Shown here piece by piece: positions 1-8,687 of a stretch of 64,000 nt of DNA (its first letter is position 1; every line of letters starts with the position of its first letter). The notes under the pieces are model-generated. The model did not search any database and was not told where the DNA came from. It saw only the letters and a program-made list of their open reading frames with translations. The stretch is from Bacteroidales bacterium (lineage in GTDB: Bacteria; Bacteroidota; Bacteroidia; Bacteroidales; JAHJDW01): the NCBI GenBank assembly GCA_041671145.1, contig JBAZBZ010000005.1, forward strand, positions 18,234 to 82,233, given 5' to 3'. Position numbers and translations under genes: made by a program.

Positions 1-593
1 TGCTTTCGCTTTGTGGCTTCAATTAGGAGTTTCTGAAGAATACCCCTGAAAATGAATTCTTCTCCGAGTGCAGGTATTATTGCAACCATAAGAATATTCA
101 CAAAGAAATCTTTTTTATTGTTTACATCAAGAAAAACTTCAGTAAGTTTTTCTGCATCTTTTTCGGAGCTTCGCATCCAGCTTTCAATGCCACCTATGAA
201 TTTTGGAAGTACAAGCATTTTGTTTATTTCTCCCAGCCAGTTCATTAAAGGAAACCCCGCAAACATTATAAGACAGCAGAAAAATATTGATTGTATTTTT
301 ACTTTACCCGAAATACTTAAATATTCCAGCGGCTTGGAACTTGCAAGAAAAGAGAAAATCAAAGGGGGTAAAATAAATAATGATGTTGAACTTATTATTT
401 GCAAAATTTTCATTGCAGATAAAACTTCTTTGTTATGGATTTCGGATAAAATATTGAGATTACCGATAATATTGACATTAGGTAAAAAATAAACCGATAA
501 TGATGTAAAAAAATAAAGAGAAATCAACATTATTCCGCCAAGAAATAAAAGTTTAATCGAAGCAGGTTTTTGTTCAAGAAAAGGACTGTACAT
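1..593 (-). CDS. CPBP-family intramembrane protease (CAAX/Abi type), N-terminal part; gene continues past window start
   Basis: Absent from ORF track because it leaves the window. My minus-strand translation from ATG at 593 stays open to base 3 (MYSPFLEQKPASIKLLFLGG...VAIIPALGEEFIFRGILQKLLIEATKRK). It has hydrophobic segments plus the EExxxR motif characteristic of CPBP proteases. The + ORF 52..492 is its antisense shadow. Confidence 0.75.
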   Translation of the reverse strand, partial: MYSPFLEQKPASIKLLFLGGIMLISLYFFTSLSVYFLPNVNIIGNLNILSEIHNKEVLSAMKILQIISSTSLFILPPLIFSFLASSKPLEYLSISGKVKIQSIFFCCLIMFAGFPLMNWLGEINKMLVLPKFIGGIESWMRSSEKDAEKLTEVFLDVNNKKDFFVNILMVAIIPALGEEFIFRGILQKLLIEATKRK

Positions 594-601
594 AAATTTT
601 G

Positions 602-609
602 TAATTTTG
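602..609 (+). promoter_or_regulatory. -7 promoter box TAATTTTG (TAnnTTTG) upstream of dusB
   Basis: Exact match to the Bacteroidota -7 consensus; start codon at 628. Confidence 0.4.
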
Positions 610-627
610 CATTTAAAATAAAATGTT

Positions 628-1605
628 TTGGTAAATATAGGAAAAATTTGTTTAGAAAAATTTCCGTTATTTTTGGCGCCGATGGAAAACCTCACCGATT
701 CTGCATTTCGTAGAATATGCAAAGCAATGGGTGCCGATGTGGTTTATACTGAATTTGTTTCTTCAGACGGCTTAATAAGGAATACTGAAAAATTCCAAAA
801 AAAAATAAGTATTTTTGAAGATGAACGACCGGTTGGTATTCAGATATTCGGCGGTAATATTGATTCTATGAAAATGGCTGCGGAAATTGCAGAAAAAGAA
901 GAGCCCGACCTTATTGATATTAATTTCGGCTGTCCTGTTAAAAAAATTGTCTTAAAAGGTGCAGGCGCAGGCATTTTTACCGATATAAAAAAAATGCTCG
1001 AACTGACGAAAGTTGTTGTTAACTCAACAAAACTTCCTGTAACCGTTAAAACACGCCTGGGCTGGGATGATAAAAGCAAATGTATAGTTGAAATTGCAGA
1101 ACAATTGCAGGATGCGGGAATAAAAGCAATAACAATTCATGGAAGAACTCGCATGCAAATGTATAAAGGCAATGCCGACTGGACTTTAATCGGTGAAGTA
1201 AAAAATAATCCGAGAATGAAAATTCCTGTAATAGGTAATGGTGATGTTGATACTCCGCAGAAAGCAAAAGAAATGTTTGATAGATACGGAGTAGATGGAA
1301 TAATGCTCGGCAGAGCTGCAATCGGAAATCCCTGGATATTTGATGAAATAAAACATTATTTAAAAACATCGGAAATACTTCCTGCTCCGGATTTAAAAAA
1401 AAGAATTCAGGTTTGTAAAGAACATTTGAGAAATTCTATTGAATGTAAAGGAGAAAAAACAGGCATTCTCGAAATGCGTCCACATTATTCGGGTTATTTT
1501 AAAGCAATAGAAAATTTCAAACCATATAAATTAAAACTTATGAGCAAAAATTCTTATGATGAATTGTTAGAAGTATTTTCGGAGATAGAAGAAGGTTTTT
1601 GCTAA
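628..1605 (+). CDS. dusB: tRNA-dihydrouridine synthase
   Basis: FLAPMENLTDSAFRRICKAMGADVVYTEF, NFGCPVKK and ITIHGRTR are typical Dus TIM-barrel signatures; TTG start. Confidence 0.9.
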   Translation: MVNIGKICLEKFPLFLAPMENLTDSAFRRICKAMGADVVYTEFVSSDGLIRNTEKFQKKISIFEDERPVGIQIFGGNIDSMKMAAEIAEKEEPDLIDINFGCPVKKIVLKGAGAGIFTDIKKMLELTKVVVNSTKLPVTVKTRLGWDDKSKCIVEIAEQLQDAGIKAITIHGRTRMQMYKGNADWTLIGEVKNNPRMKIPVIGNGDVDTPQKAKEMFDRYGVDGIMLGRAAIGNPWIFDEIKHYLKTSEILPAPDLKKRIQVCKEHLRNSIECKGEKTGILEMRPHYSGYFKAIENFKPYKLKLMSKNSYDELLEVFSEIEEGFC

Positions 1606-1631
1606 AGATAAGTTTTATAATTTCAATTTTA

Positions 1632-3671
1632 TTACTTCCAAAATCGTAGTAAAATAATTTCAAAAGCAAAAAATAGCAAATTAAAAATTACAAATAATTT
1701 CCAGAGTTTTTTTCCCTGATTGTATTCAATAATAGTTTTTGTCAAAGAAGAGTTTTTTGTATAAATTACAGATGAATTTGAAAGTTTTGCCTGAGCGGAT
1801 AAATCTTCTATTTCTTTTTCATCATAATAATTCAGTATTGATTCTTTGCGATTGAAGTTAAATGAAACTCCCATTAAACTTTTATCTTTTACCGAAACAA
1901 TATAATTTCCTGCATCAGCAATCTGATTATGAATATTCAGAAAATATTGAGAATTCAAAAATTTATGTTCGGGAATTACATTAAAGTCGGATGTAAAATT
2001 TTTTATTTTAAAAATATCTTCACCCGATAAATTAATATTGTTTATTTCAATATTTTCATCTTTACCAATAGTATAAAAAAGCGGATACACCGACTGACTC
2101 TGCAATGCAATATTATAAAGTGCAGGTACGAAAAGTGCCTGTTTTTGAAAATTTCCCGATTCATCATCAAGAGGCGAACATAAAAGATATATTTTTCCTT
2201 TATTGAAATTCTGTTTGCTTAAAAAAATGTCACCGTTCTGAAGCTTTAAAATATATTCCTCCATAGAATAGATATTTTTACTCAAAGAATAATGATATTC
2301 TACTTTCGGAAGTTCAATGTTATCGGGTATTTTATCAAAAACATCTTTAAAAATACTATTTTCAAAATTCACTTGTGCAACTTTCAATTCTGAGGAATCA
2401 GCTTTTTCGAAATACTTTGACTGAAGTGATGATAAAAAACTTTTATAAGAATCAAAATCAATTTTTCTGCCAGGAACAACAAGCAAACTACCGCCATTGC
2501 TGACAAATTTTTGCAATTCCTGCGACAAGCCACTTGATATTTTTTCAATTTCATTTATTGTTATGAATGAATTTTCAGGTAATTTTGAATAGTCAATTTG
2601 AGATTCCTGTGAATTTGCCAGCACAATGGCAGAGTCATTAAGAAATAAAGAATTCAAATATTTGTTTTCATTTTTTCCGTTGATAATTGCAACGTAAATT
2701 TTATTATTAACGGTGAATGAAAAATAAAATTTATCATCAAAAACAACAGGATAATCAGTTATCTCCAGCCGGCAGTTTTGAATTCCTGCTTCATTTATAT
2801 TGAACGAAAGTAAAATATCTGTTTGTGAATTTTCACCGATATCAATGCTCGCAAGTGCCTTTTGTTTATTATTTATAAATAATTTAAGCGGGATATTTTC
2901 AAGAGATTTTCCGGAAATATTTTTTATTCTCACCATTAATTTTTCCACTTTGTTCAACTGCCTCACCGGTGATAAAAACCAACAGGAATCAATGTAAAGA
3001 TTACTGCCTTCTTTAACATTCAATGGAATAAAATTAATATTTGTGCTGCTGTCTTTATTTATTTTTTCAATATTGGAAATGCTTTTCTGAAAATCGGAAA
3101 TCAGATAAATATATTTTCCGATGGAATAATTATTTATTAAATCATTCTGCCGAGAAACTACTTCCGACAATGTTTTCACTGATGGTGAAATTTTTATTTC
3201 ATTTATCATTTCCGGAAATTCATCACGATTAAAAAGGCGTTGGTGCCTGCCTTCAAAATCATTTGTCAGCAGTTGAAATTCGTCGCTTTGCCTGTAAGCC
3301 ATTGCGATTTCTTTTGCTTTTCGTTTTGCTTCGTCAAATAGAGTGCCGTTTTCATTCACTGCTTCCATGCTGAAGGAATTGTCAACATAAATGCTAATAA
3401 CTTTATTTTTTAAGTTTATTTCTTTATTGCCAAGAGGAATATAGGGTTGTGCAAAAGCAATAACAAGTGAACTTATTGCAAGAATCCGTGAAATCAAAAC
3501 AAGCAAATGTTTAAGTTTCGACTTTGATTGTGTTTCCTGTTTTACCGATTTTAAAAATCTTATATCGGGAAAATTAACTTTTTTAAATTTCCTGAAATTA
3601 AATAAATGAATAATTATCGGAATTACAATCGCAGAAAGAGCAAAGAGAAACGATGGATAAATGAATTTCAT
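1632..3671 (-). CDS. BatA-type N-terminal double-transmembrane domain protein
   Basis: MKFIYPSFLFALSAIVIPIIIHLFNFRKFKKVNFPDIRFLK resembles the BatA/TIGR02226-type N-terminus. I trimmed the track ORF (to 3719) because the MRLCVFAVKSFFYLCK extension is read out of a repeat hairpin, and a TACCTTTG box sits 4 nt before the ATG at 3671. Confidence 0.7.
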   Translation of the reverse strand: MKFIYPSFLFALSAIVIPIIIHLFNFRKFKKVNFPDIRFLKSVKQETQSKSKLKHLLVLISRILAISSLVIAFAQPYIPLGNKEINLKNKVISIYVDNSFSMEAVNENGTLFDEAKRKAKEIAMAYRQSDEFQLLTNDFEGRHQRLFNRDEFPEMINEIKISPSVKTLSEVVSRQNDLINNYSIGKYIYLISDFQKSISNIEKINKDSSTNINFIPLNVKEGSNLYIDSCWFLSPVRQLNKVEKLMVRIKNISGKSLENIPLKLFINNKQKALASIDIGENSQTDILLSFNINEAGIQNCRLEITDYPVVFDDKFYFSFTVNNKIYVAIINGKNENKYLNSLFLNDSAIVLANSQESQIDYSKLPENSFITINEIEKISSGLSQELQKFVSNGGSLLVVPGRKIDFDSYKSFLSSLQSKYFEKADSSELKVAQVNFENSIFKDVFDKIPDNIELPKVEYHYSLSKNIYSMEEYILKLQNGDIFLSKQNFNKGKIYLLCSPLDDESGNFQKQALFVPALYNIALQSQSVYPLFYTIGKDENIEINNINLSGEDIFKIKNFTSDFNVIPEHKFLNSQYFLNIHNQIADAGNYIVSVKDKSLMGVSFNFNRKESILNYYDEKEIEDLSAQAKLSNSSVIYTKNSSLTKTIIEYNQGKKLWKLFVIFNLLFFAFEIILLRFWK

Positions 3672-3675
3672 TTTA

Positions 3676-3683
3676 CAAAGGTA
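3676..3683 (-). promoter_or_regulatory. -7 box TACCTTTG (minus strand) 4 nt upstream of ATG 3671
   Basis: Plus strand reads caaaggta; minus strand reads tacctttgtaaaATG. Confidence 0.45.
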
Positions 3684-3695
3684 AAAAAAACTTTT

Positions 3696-3769
3696 CACCG
3701 CAAAGACACAGAGACGCAAAGAGAAAATAATTTTCTATAAAAACTCTGCGTCTCCGCGTCTTAGCGGTG
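3696..3769 (-). terminator. Long imperfect hairpin (CGCAAAG/ACGCAGAG word family), probable intrinsic terminator of the 3778..5835 gene
   Basis: Arms caccgcaaagacacagagacgcaaagag (3696-3722) and ctctgcgtctccgcgtcttagcggtg (3745-3769); on the minus strand the hairpin is followed by aaaagtttttttt. Confidence 0.55.
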
Positions 3770-3777
3770 AAAAAAAA

Positions 3778-5835
3778 TTACATCTCCACAACTTTCTTAT
3801 AAGCAACCTTATCGTTCACCTGTAACTTAATAAAATAAACTCCTTTCGATGAGCCAATATCTTTTGTAGAAAAACAATATTTGTAGTTTCCTGCGTTCTG
3901 CCTGCTGTTTATTATGGTACTTACCTTTTCTCCCAAAATATTAAATGCCTCAAGCTTCACATTTGAACTTTCGCTGAGCGAATATGTTATTTGAGCTTGG
4001 GTGTTGAATGGATTTGGAAAAATTTCAAATGCAATGTTTTTATCATTTATTTCTTTAACACCGTTTGTAACATTAACTATCGAACAAGCAAAATTAGTAC
4101 AACCGTTTAAATCTGTTCCTGTAACGCAATATGTTGTATTTACTGTTGGTGCAACGGTAATACATTTACCTCCTCCGGCACTCCATTGATATGTGCCTCC
4201 TGATTGTTCTAATCCGCTTGCACATAAGGTTATTGCTCCTCCTTGTGTTATTGTTCCTCCATTTGCAGTTATTATTGGTTCAGGATTAACCATTATTACT
4301 TTGTAACTTGTGTTAAGAGAGCAAGAATTGGTGGCAGTATATGTTGTTGTTACAGTTGGGCAAACAGTTATATGCTGAAAACTATTTGATGTTTGCCCTG
4401 TACTCCATGAATATAATCCATCTCCTCCACTTATTTCCAAAGATGAACAATTTCCTGCACATATTGTATCCTGTGAGGAATAAATAGTAAAATACCCACC
4501 ATAATCAACATTAACAACTGTATGTTCTATGCCCGTACAACCCGTTATGAATGTTACTGAAACAATATATGTAGTAGTAAAAGATGGACTAACTTGAATA
4601 CAAGAAGTGTTTGCACCTGTATCCCACGTAAAAGTTGTATTTATGTTAGTTGCACAAATTAAAGCCATTTGTCCGTTACATATTGTTTTTCCCGGAATAG
4701 TTATATTAATTGGTTCACTAACAGTAACCACGCAAAAAGCAGAACCAGTGCAACCGTTCGCATCTGTTCCAGTTACCGTATATGTTGTGGTAACTGTCGG
4801 GCTGACTGTTTTTGGATTTCCTGTGCCTAAAACTGACCATGTGTAAGTGCTTGCTCCTCCGGCTGTGAGTATTGCCATATCTCCGAAGCATACTGAGGCA
4901 TTGTTAGCTGTTACTATTGGATGCTGATTTACTACTACCATACAGGAAGCAGTATTCGTGCATCCTGTAGCGGTTCCTGTGACATAATAAGAAGCTGTGG
5001 AATTAGGACATATAATGATAGGATTCCCTGTCATTCCAGTACTCCAAGTATATGCAATTCCTCCGCTTGCTGAAAGTGATGTGCATTCACCCTGACAAAC
5101 TATAACATTTGTTGCTGTGATTGTTGGTAAAGGATAAACTGTTACCACACAAGAAGCACTACCAGTACAACCAGCAAAACTCACTCCTGTTACTGTATAC
5201 GTTGTGGTAAGAGTTGGACAAACTGTAATAAAATTTAAATTGCTTCCTACATCCCATGTATATGAATTTGCTCCGCTTGCTATAATTGCTGCACATGAAC
5301 CGTTACAAATAGTAGGATTATTAGTAAAAATAGTTAAGTTAGAATTTACAACTACAACACACGTAGAAGTACCAGTACATCCATTTGCATCAGTGCCGGT
5401 TACTGTGTAAGTTGTAGTTATGCTTGGATTAACAGTAATACAATTTGATGGGTTTCCAGTATTCCAACTATAAATTATACCTCCACTAGCACATATTGCA
5501 ATTGCGCTCCCCATACATATTGTTCCACCAGTTGCTGTTATATTTGGCGCCGGATAAACAGTTACCACTGCCTGAGTACTGGCAGTAGAAGGATTGCTAT
5601 CGATTACAGTTAATGTGTATGTTGTTGTGTTCGTTGGAGTAACATTAATCGAAGAGGTTACTTGACCTGTATTCCACGAAAAAGAATATGGCGGCGCTCC
5701 ACCACTTAATATTGGTATCAATGTTACAGAGTTTCCTGCACAAATAGGAACTCCATTAACCGATACATTTAACTGAGCAAAAACACTTGTAATTGCCAAT
5801 GTTAAAGAAACTGAAAGAAGAATTAATTTTTTCAT
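3778..5835 (-). CDS. T9SS-secreted adhesin-like protein with about 8 tandem Cys-containing Ig-like repeats
   Basis: Signal peptide MKKLILLSVSLTLAITSVFAQ; recurring unit ...TTTYTVTGTDANGCTGS..CVVTV...IC.G....ASGG..YSW; C-terminus FEIFPNPFNTQAQITYSL...GVYFIKLQVNDKVAYKKVVEM matches the Por/T9SS sorting domain. Confidence 0.8.
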   Translation of the reverse strand: MKKLILLSVSLTLAITSVFAQLNVSVNGVPICAGNSVTLIPILSGGAPPYSFSWNTGQVTSSINVTPTNTTTYTLTVIDSNPSTASTQAVVTVYPAPNITATGGTICMGSAIAICASGGIIYSWNTGNPSNCITVNPSITTTYTVTGTDANGCTGTSTCVVVVNSNLTIFTNNPTICNGSCAAIIASGANSYTWDVGSNLNFITVCPTLTTTYTVTGVSFAGCTGSASCVVTVYPLPTITATNVIVCQGECTSLSASGGIAYTWSTGMTGNPIIICPNSTASYYVTGTATGCTNTASCMVVVNQHPIVTANNASVCFGDMAILTAGGASTYTWSVLGTGNPKTVSPTVTTTYTVTGTDANGCTGSAFCVVTVSEPINITIPGKTICNGQMALICATNINTTFTWDTGANTSCIQVSPSFTTTYIVSVTFITGCTGIEHTVVNVDYGGYFTIYSSQDTICAGNCSSLEISGGDGLYSWSTGQTSNSFQHITVCPTVTTTYTATNSCSLNTSYKVIMVNPEPIITANGGTITQGGAITLCASGLEQSGGTYQWSAGGGKCITVAPTVNTTYCVTGTDLNGCTNFACSIVNVTNGVKEINDKNIAFEIFPNPFNTQAQITYSLSESSNVKLEAFNILGEKVSTIINSRQNAGNYKYCFSTKDIGSSKGVYFIKLQVNDKVAYKKVVEM

Positions 5836-5932
5836 AAAAAGATAAGTTTTTTGATTTTAAATACGAACGGTATTTTTTATAAGACAAAATAAGTTATTAA
5901 ATAGTTGCATGAGTTTTTGAAAAACTTTTCTT

Positions 5933-5958
5933 TACCGCTAAGACGCTGAGACACAAAG
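5933..5958. repeat. Solo arm of the CGCAAAG/ACGCAGAG word family
   Basis: taccgctaagacgctgagacacaaag is close to the reverse complement of the 3745-3769 arm. Confidence 0.6.
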
Positions 5959-5984
5959 AAAAAATAATTTTAAAAAATAAAAAA

Positions 5985-6127
5985 GCCACAGATTCACAGA
6001 TAAAATATAATTTATTGCTAAATTGTTTAATTGTTAAGTTGCTGAATTTTCATATTTCGTACTTCATACATCATTCATCATACTTATAGTATATCTATAA
6101 CCATAAATCAATCTGTGAATCTGTGGC
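5985..6127. repeat. Perfect 17-bp inverted repeat GCCACAGATTCACAGAT / ATCTGTGAATCTGTGGC enclosing 109 bp
   Basis: 5985-6001 and 6111-6127 are exact reverse complements, flanked by an A-run on the left and a T-run on the right. The interior is made of period-7/8 stutter words. Lies between the gmk stop and the adhesin start. Confidence 0.9.
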
Positions 6128-6224
6128 TGTTTTTTAAACAAATATAGATACAAAATATTTAATGTCAAGCATATTTTAGAATTTGCATGGGTTCTTTGAG
6201 AATTCGCTGTGATTTTTTTAGAAT

Positions 6225-6794
6225 TCATTTTTTATCAATGAAATCTTTCACGAGTGTTATTGTTTCTTTCACCGCAGTTTCCAAATCATCATTTATAATT
6301 ATTTTATCAAATTTATCTTTATAAGTCAGCTCCATTTTTGCTCTGTCAATTCTTATTTTCAGAGTTTTTTCGGTTTCAGTTCCTCTTTTTCTAAGGCGTT
6401 CTTCAAGAACTTCAATTGAAGGTGGCATAATAAAAATCAATAAAGCTTTTTCTTTGTATAATTTTTTAATATTAACACCTCCTATAACATCAACATCAAA
6501 AACTATGTTATTTCCATTATTCCAGATTCTGTCAGCTTCCGATTTTAATGTCCCGTAAAAACAATTTTTATAAACTTCAACCCATTCGAGAAATTCTCCA
6601 TTATCAATTTTTTCTTTAAAGTTTTCAGCACTTAAAAAATAATAATCTTTTCCTTCTGTTTCGTAATATCTTTTAGGACGGCTTGTTGCCGAAACCGAAA
6701 ATTCAAGATTCATTCCCGATTCGAGTAAACGTTTTGCAATTGTTGTTTTTCCCGAACCCGACGGCGCCGATAGTATGATTAGCTTATTATTCAT
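6225..6794 (-). CDS. gmk: guanylate kinase
   Basis: P-loop SAPSGSGKTT and SATSRPKRYYETEGKDYYF. Confidence 0.95.
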   Translation of the reverse strand: MNNKLIILSAPSGSGKTTIAKRLLESGMNLEFSVSATSRPKRYYETEGKDYYFLSAENFKEKIDNGEFLEWVEVYKNCFYGTLKSEADRIWNNGNNIVFDVDVIGGVNIKKLYKEKALLIFIMPPSIEVLEERLRKRGTETEKTLKIRIDRAKMELTYKDKFDKIIINDDLETAVKETITLVKDFIDKK

Positions 6795-6840
6795 TTAAAA
6801 TATTTTTTTTCAAATTTTTGTGTTTAACTTTTTAAATGCA

Positions 6841-6868
6841 AGTTTTCAGTTTATAGTCTTCAGTTTCC
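6841..6868. repeat. AGTTTTCAGTTTATAGT word (dispersed; reverse complement at 52422-52438)
   Basis: 17/17 nt identity to the reverse complement of 52422-52438; 13 nt are shared with 32901-32913. Confidence 0.85.
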
Positions 6869-6883
6869 GGTTATTGAAAAAAA

Positions 6884-7156
6884 TTATTTTTCTTCCAGAG
6901 AATAATATGATTTTATTTTTTTGTTTATTTTATTATAACTAATTAGTCCGATAACTCCGGTAATTATAGCTATTACGATTAATGAAATTCCTAAAATGAT
7001 TACAAAAATTTCCTTTTCAAAAAATTTTATTAAAGTAATTCCTGAAGCAAGCAACATAATTACAGTGCGTGAATATGCCAGAATTGTCCTTACATTTGCA
7101 AGTTTGGTTCTGTCAATTGCCAGACGGTCGCGAACTATTAATTTTGAATCTTCCAT
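6884..7156 (-). CDS. DUF202 (YidH-like) small membrane protein
   Basis: RDRLAIDRTKLANVRTILAYSRT followed by two hydrophobic helices. Confidence 0.7.
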   Translation of the reverse strand: MEDSKLIVRDRLAIDRTKLANVRTILAYSRTVIMLLASGITLIKFFEKEIFVIILGISLIVIAIITGVIGLISYNKINKKIKSYYSLEEK

Positions 7157-7198
7157 TTTTTATTTAACTGCAAACTAAAAACTGTGAACTGGAAACTA

Positions 7199-8074
7199 TT
7201 AAAGTACATTCATAAGTTGTTCTTTTATTTTTTCAAGCTCATCTTTCATAATAACAACTTTTTTCTGAATATCGGCATTATTTGCTTTTGAACCAAGAGT
7301 ATTGATTTCCCTGCCCATTTCCTGCGAAATAAAACCGAGTTTTTTCCCCTGAGAATTTTTATCTACTAAAGTTTCTAAAAAGTAATTGCAATGACTCTTC
7401 AGCCGCACTTTTTCTTCGGTAATGTCAATTTTTTCAATATAAAAAACTAATTCCTGCTCCAAACGATTTTCATCAATTTTACTTTTATCAATTACATCCA
7501 GCAGGTTATTTCGTAACCGCTGCTTTATACTTTTTAATCTTATTGGGTCGAGTTTTTCAATTTCTTTAAGAAGTTTAAAAATAAAATCTATTCTTTTTCT
7601 GAAGTCCCTTTCAAGTTTTATACCTTCATTTTTTCTTGATTTATCAAGTTCTTCCAACGCTTTTACAACTGTTTTATAAATGATGTCCCATTCTTTTTCA
7701 TCAATTACCGATTTTTCAGGTTTCAACACATCAGGCAATTTCATTATTAATCCGATGTAATCAGTATTATTTTCAGTATTAATTTCTTTTGCGAGAGATT
7801 TAAGTTCTGAATAATATTTTAAAGCAAGCGTTTTATTAAATGAAAAATTTGGATTTTCTGCCGAATTTCCAATATATAGAGTTAATTCAATATTTCCTCT
7901 TTCGAGTGATTGAGCAATTAAAGAACGTAACAAAATTTCCTTTTCATTGTAAACTGAAGGCATGCGGATTTTTATGTCGGATTGTTTGCCATTAACTGAT
8001 TTTATTTCCACAGTTACCTTAAAATTCGGACTTTCGCAAATTGTCTTACCAAAACCCGTCATTGATTTTATCAT
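7199..8074 (-). CDS. yicC: YicC/YloC family stress-induced endoribonuclease
   Basis: MIKSMTGFGK N-terminus and C-terminal GREINTLGSKAN; adjacency to gmk is a common arrangement. Confidence 0.85.
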   Translation of the reverse strand: MIKSMTGFGKTICESPNFKVTVEIKSVNGKQSDIKIRMPSVYNEKEILLRSLIAQSLERGNIELTLYIGNSAENPNFSFNKTLALKYYSELKSLAKEINTENNTDYIGLIMKLPDVLKPEKSVIDEKEWDIIYKTVVKALEELDKSRKNEGIKLERDFRKRIDFIFKLLKEIEKLDPIRLKSIKQRLRNNLLDVIDKSKIDENRLEQELVFYIEKIDITEEKVRLKSHCNYFLETLVDKNSQGKKLGFISQEMGREINTLGSKANNADIQKKVVIMKDELEKIKEQLMNVL

Positions 8075-8093
8075 AAATTTTATTTTTAAAAGC

Positions 8094-8101
8094 CAAATTT
8101 A
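8094..8101 (-). promoter_or_regulatory. -7 box TAAATTTG (minus strand) upstream of yicC
   Basis: Plus strand reads caaattta; start codon at 8074. Confidence 0.4.
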
Positions 8102-8152
8102 GCAAATACTCTTTATTTTTTTAATAAAATATATTCTTTAATCAAATTTTTC

Positions 8153-8160
8153 TATTTTTG
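8153..8160 (+). promoter_or_regulatory. -7 box TATTTTTG upstream of 8184 ORF
   Basis: Exact TAnnTTTG match, 24 nt before the ATG. Confidence 0.4.
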
Positions 8161-8183
8161 ATAAAATAATTTTTAATAAAATA

Positions 8184-8633
8184 ATGAATATTCTTCATCC
8201 TCTTGATGAACTAAAAAAAAGACCAGTACTATTGAGCTTATTATGCATATTTACAATTATAGGAAATTGCATAATGATATTAAGCGGTTTATTTTCATTA
8301 CTTGCTTTAAAGCTTGTAAATTATTTTTCCATATTGCCAGTTCACAATGAGTTTATTTCTTATATTTTATCAGGAGGTTCGGTTTTTGCAATAACCTCAA
8401 TAGTATTATGTTTTTTTACTATCATTGGAACAATTAAAATGTGGAACCTCCGTAAAATGGGGTTTTATCTTTATCTGATTTCCAAAATTGCTTTTATTTT
8501 AACACCTTTCATTTTTTTGGTTCCTCAGATTTTAGAATTTAATTCTGTTTTAAGAGGATTAATTCCATATTTTGCATTAACTTTTTTATTTGTAATTTTA
8601 TATTGTTTAAATTTGAAATATATGCATGCATAA
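8184..8633 (+). CDS. hypothetical multi-pass membrane protein
   Basis: Four hydrophobic segments; no motif recognised. Confidence 0.5.
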   Translation: MNILHPLDELKKRPVLLSLLCIFTIIGNCIMILSGLFSLLALKLVNYFSILPVHNEFISYILSGGSVFAITSIVLCFFTIIGTIKMWNLRKMGFYLYLISKIAFILTPFIFLVPQILEFNSVLRGLIPYFALTFLFVILYCLNLKYMHA

Positions 8634-8634
8634 T

Positions 8635-8687
8635 ATTGCTTAATTGTTAAATTGTCGTTTTTTTTAACAATTTAGCAATTTAGCAAT
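8635..8687. repeat. Hairpin of the ATTGCTAAATTGTTAAATTG word family with a T8 loop
   Basis: attgcttaattgttaaattgtcg / tttttttt / aacaatttagcaatttagcaat, immediately after the stop at 8633. Confidence 0.7.

Noticed and set aside
52-492. 146-aa + strand ORF at the window start
   Set aside because: It is antisense to a much better minus-strand reading frame, open from 593 to the window edge, that carries the CPBP EExxxR motif. The + ORF has no recognisable features.
4001-5410. Several + strand ORFs inside the adhesin gene
   Set aside because: They are antisense shadows of a 685-codon frame with a signal peptide, a repeat architecture and a T9SS sorting domain.
5985-6127. CRISPR array as an explanation for the cacagat-type repeats
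   Set aside because: Copies are scattered singly or as inverted pairs across many spacers. They are not arranged as regularly spaced direct repeats with unique spacers, and no cas genes are present.
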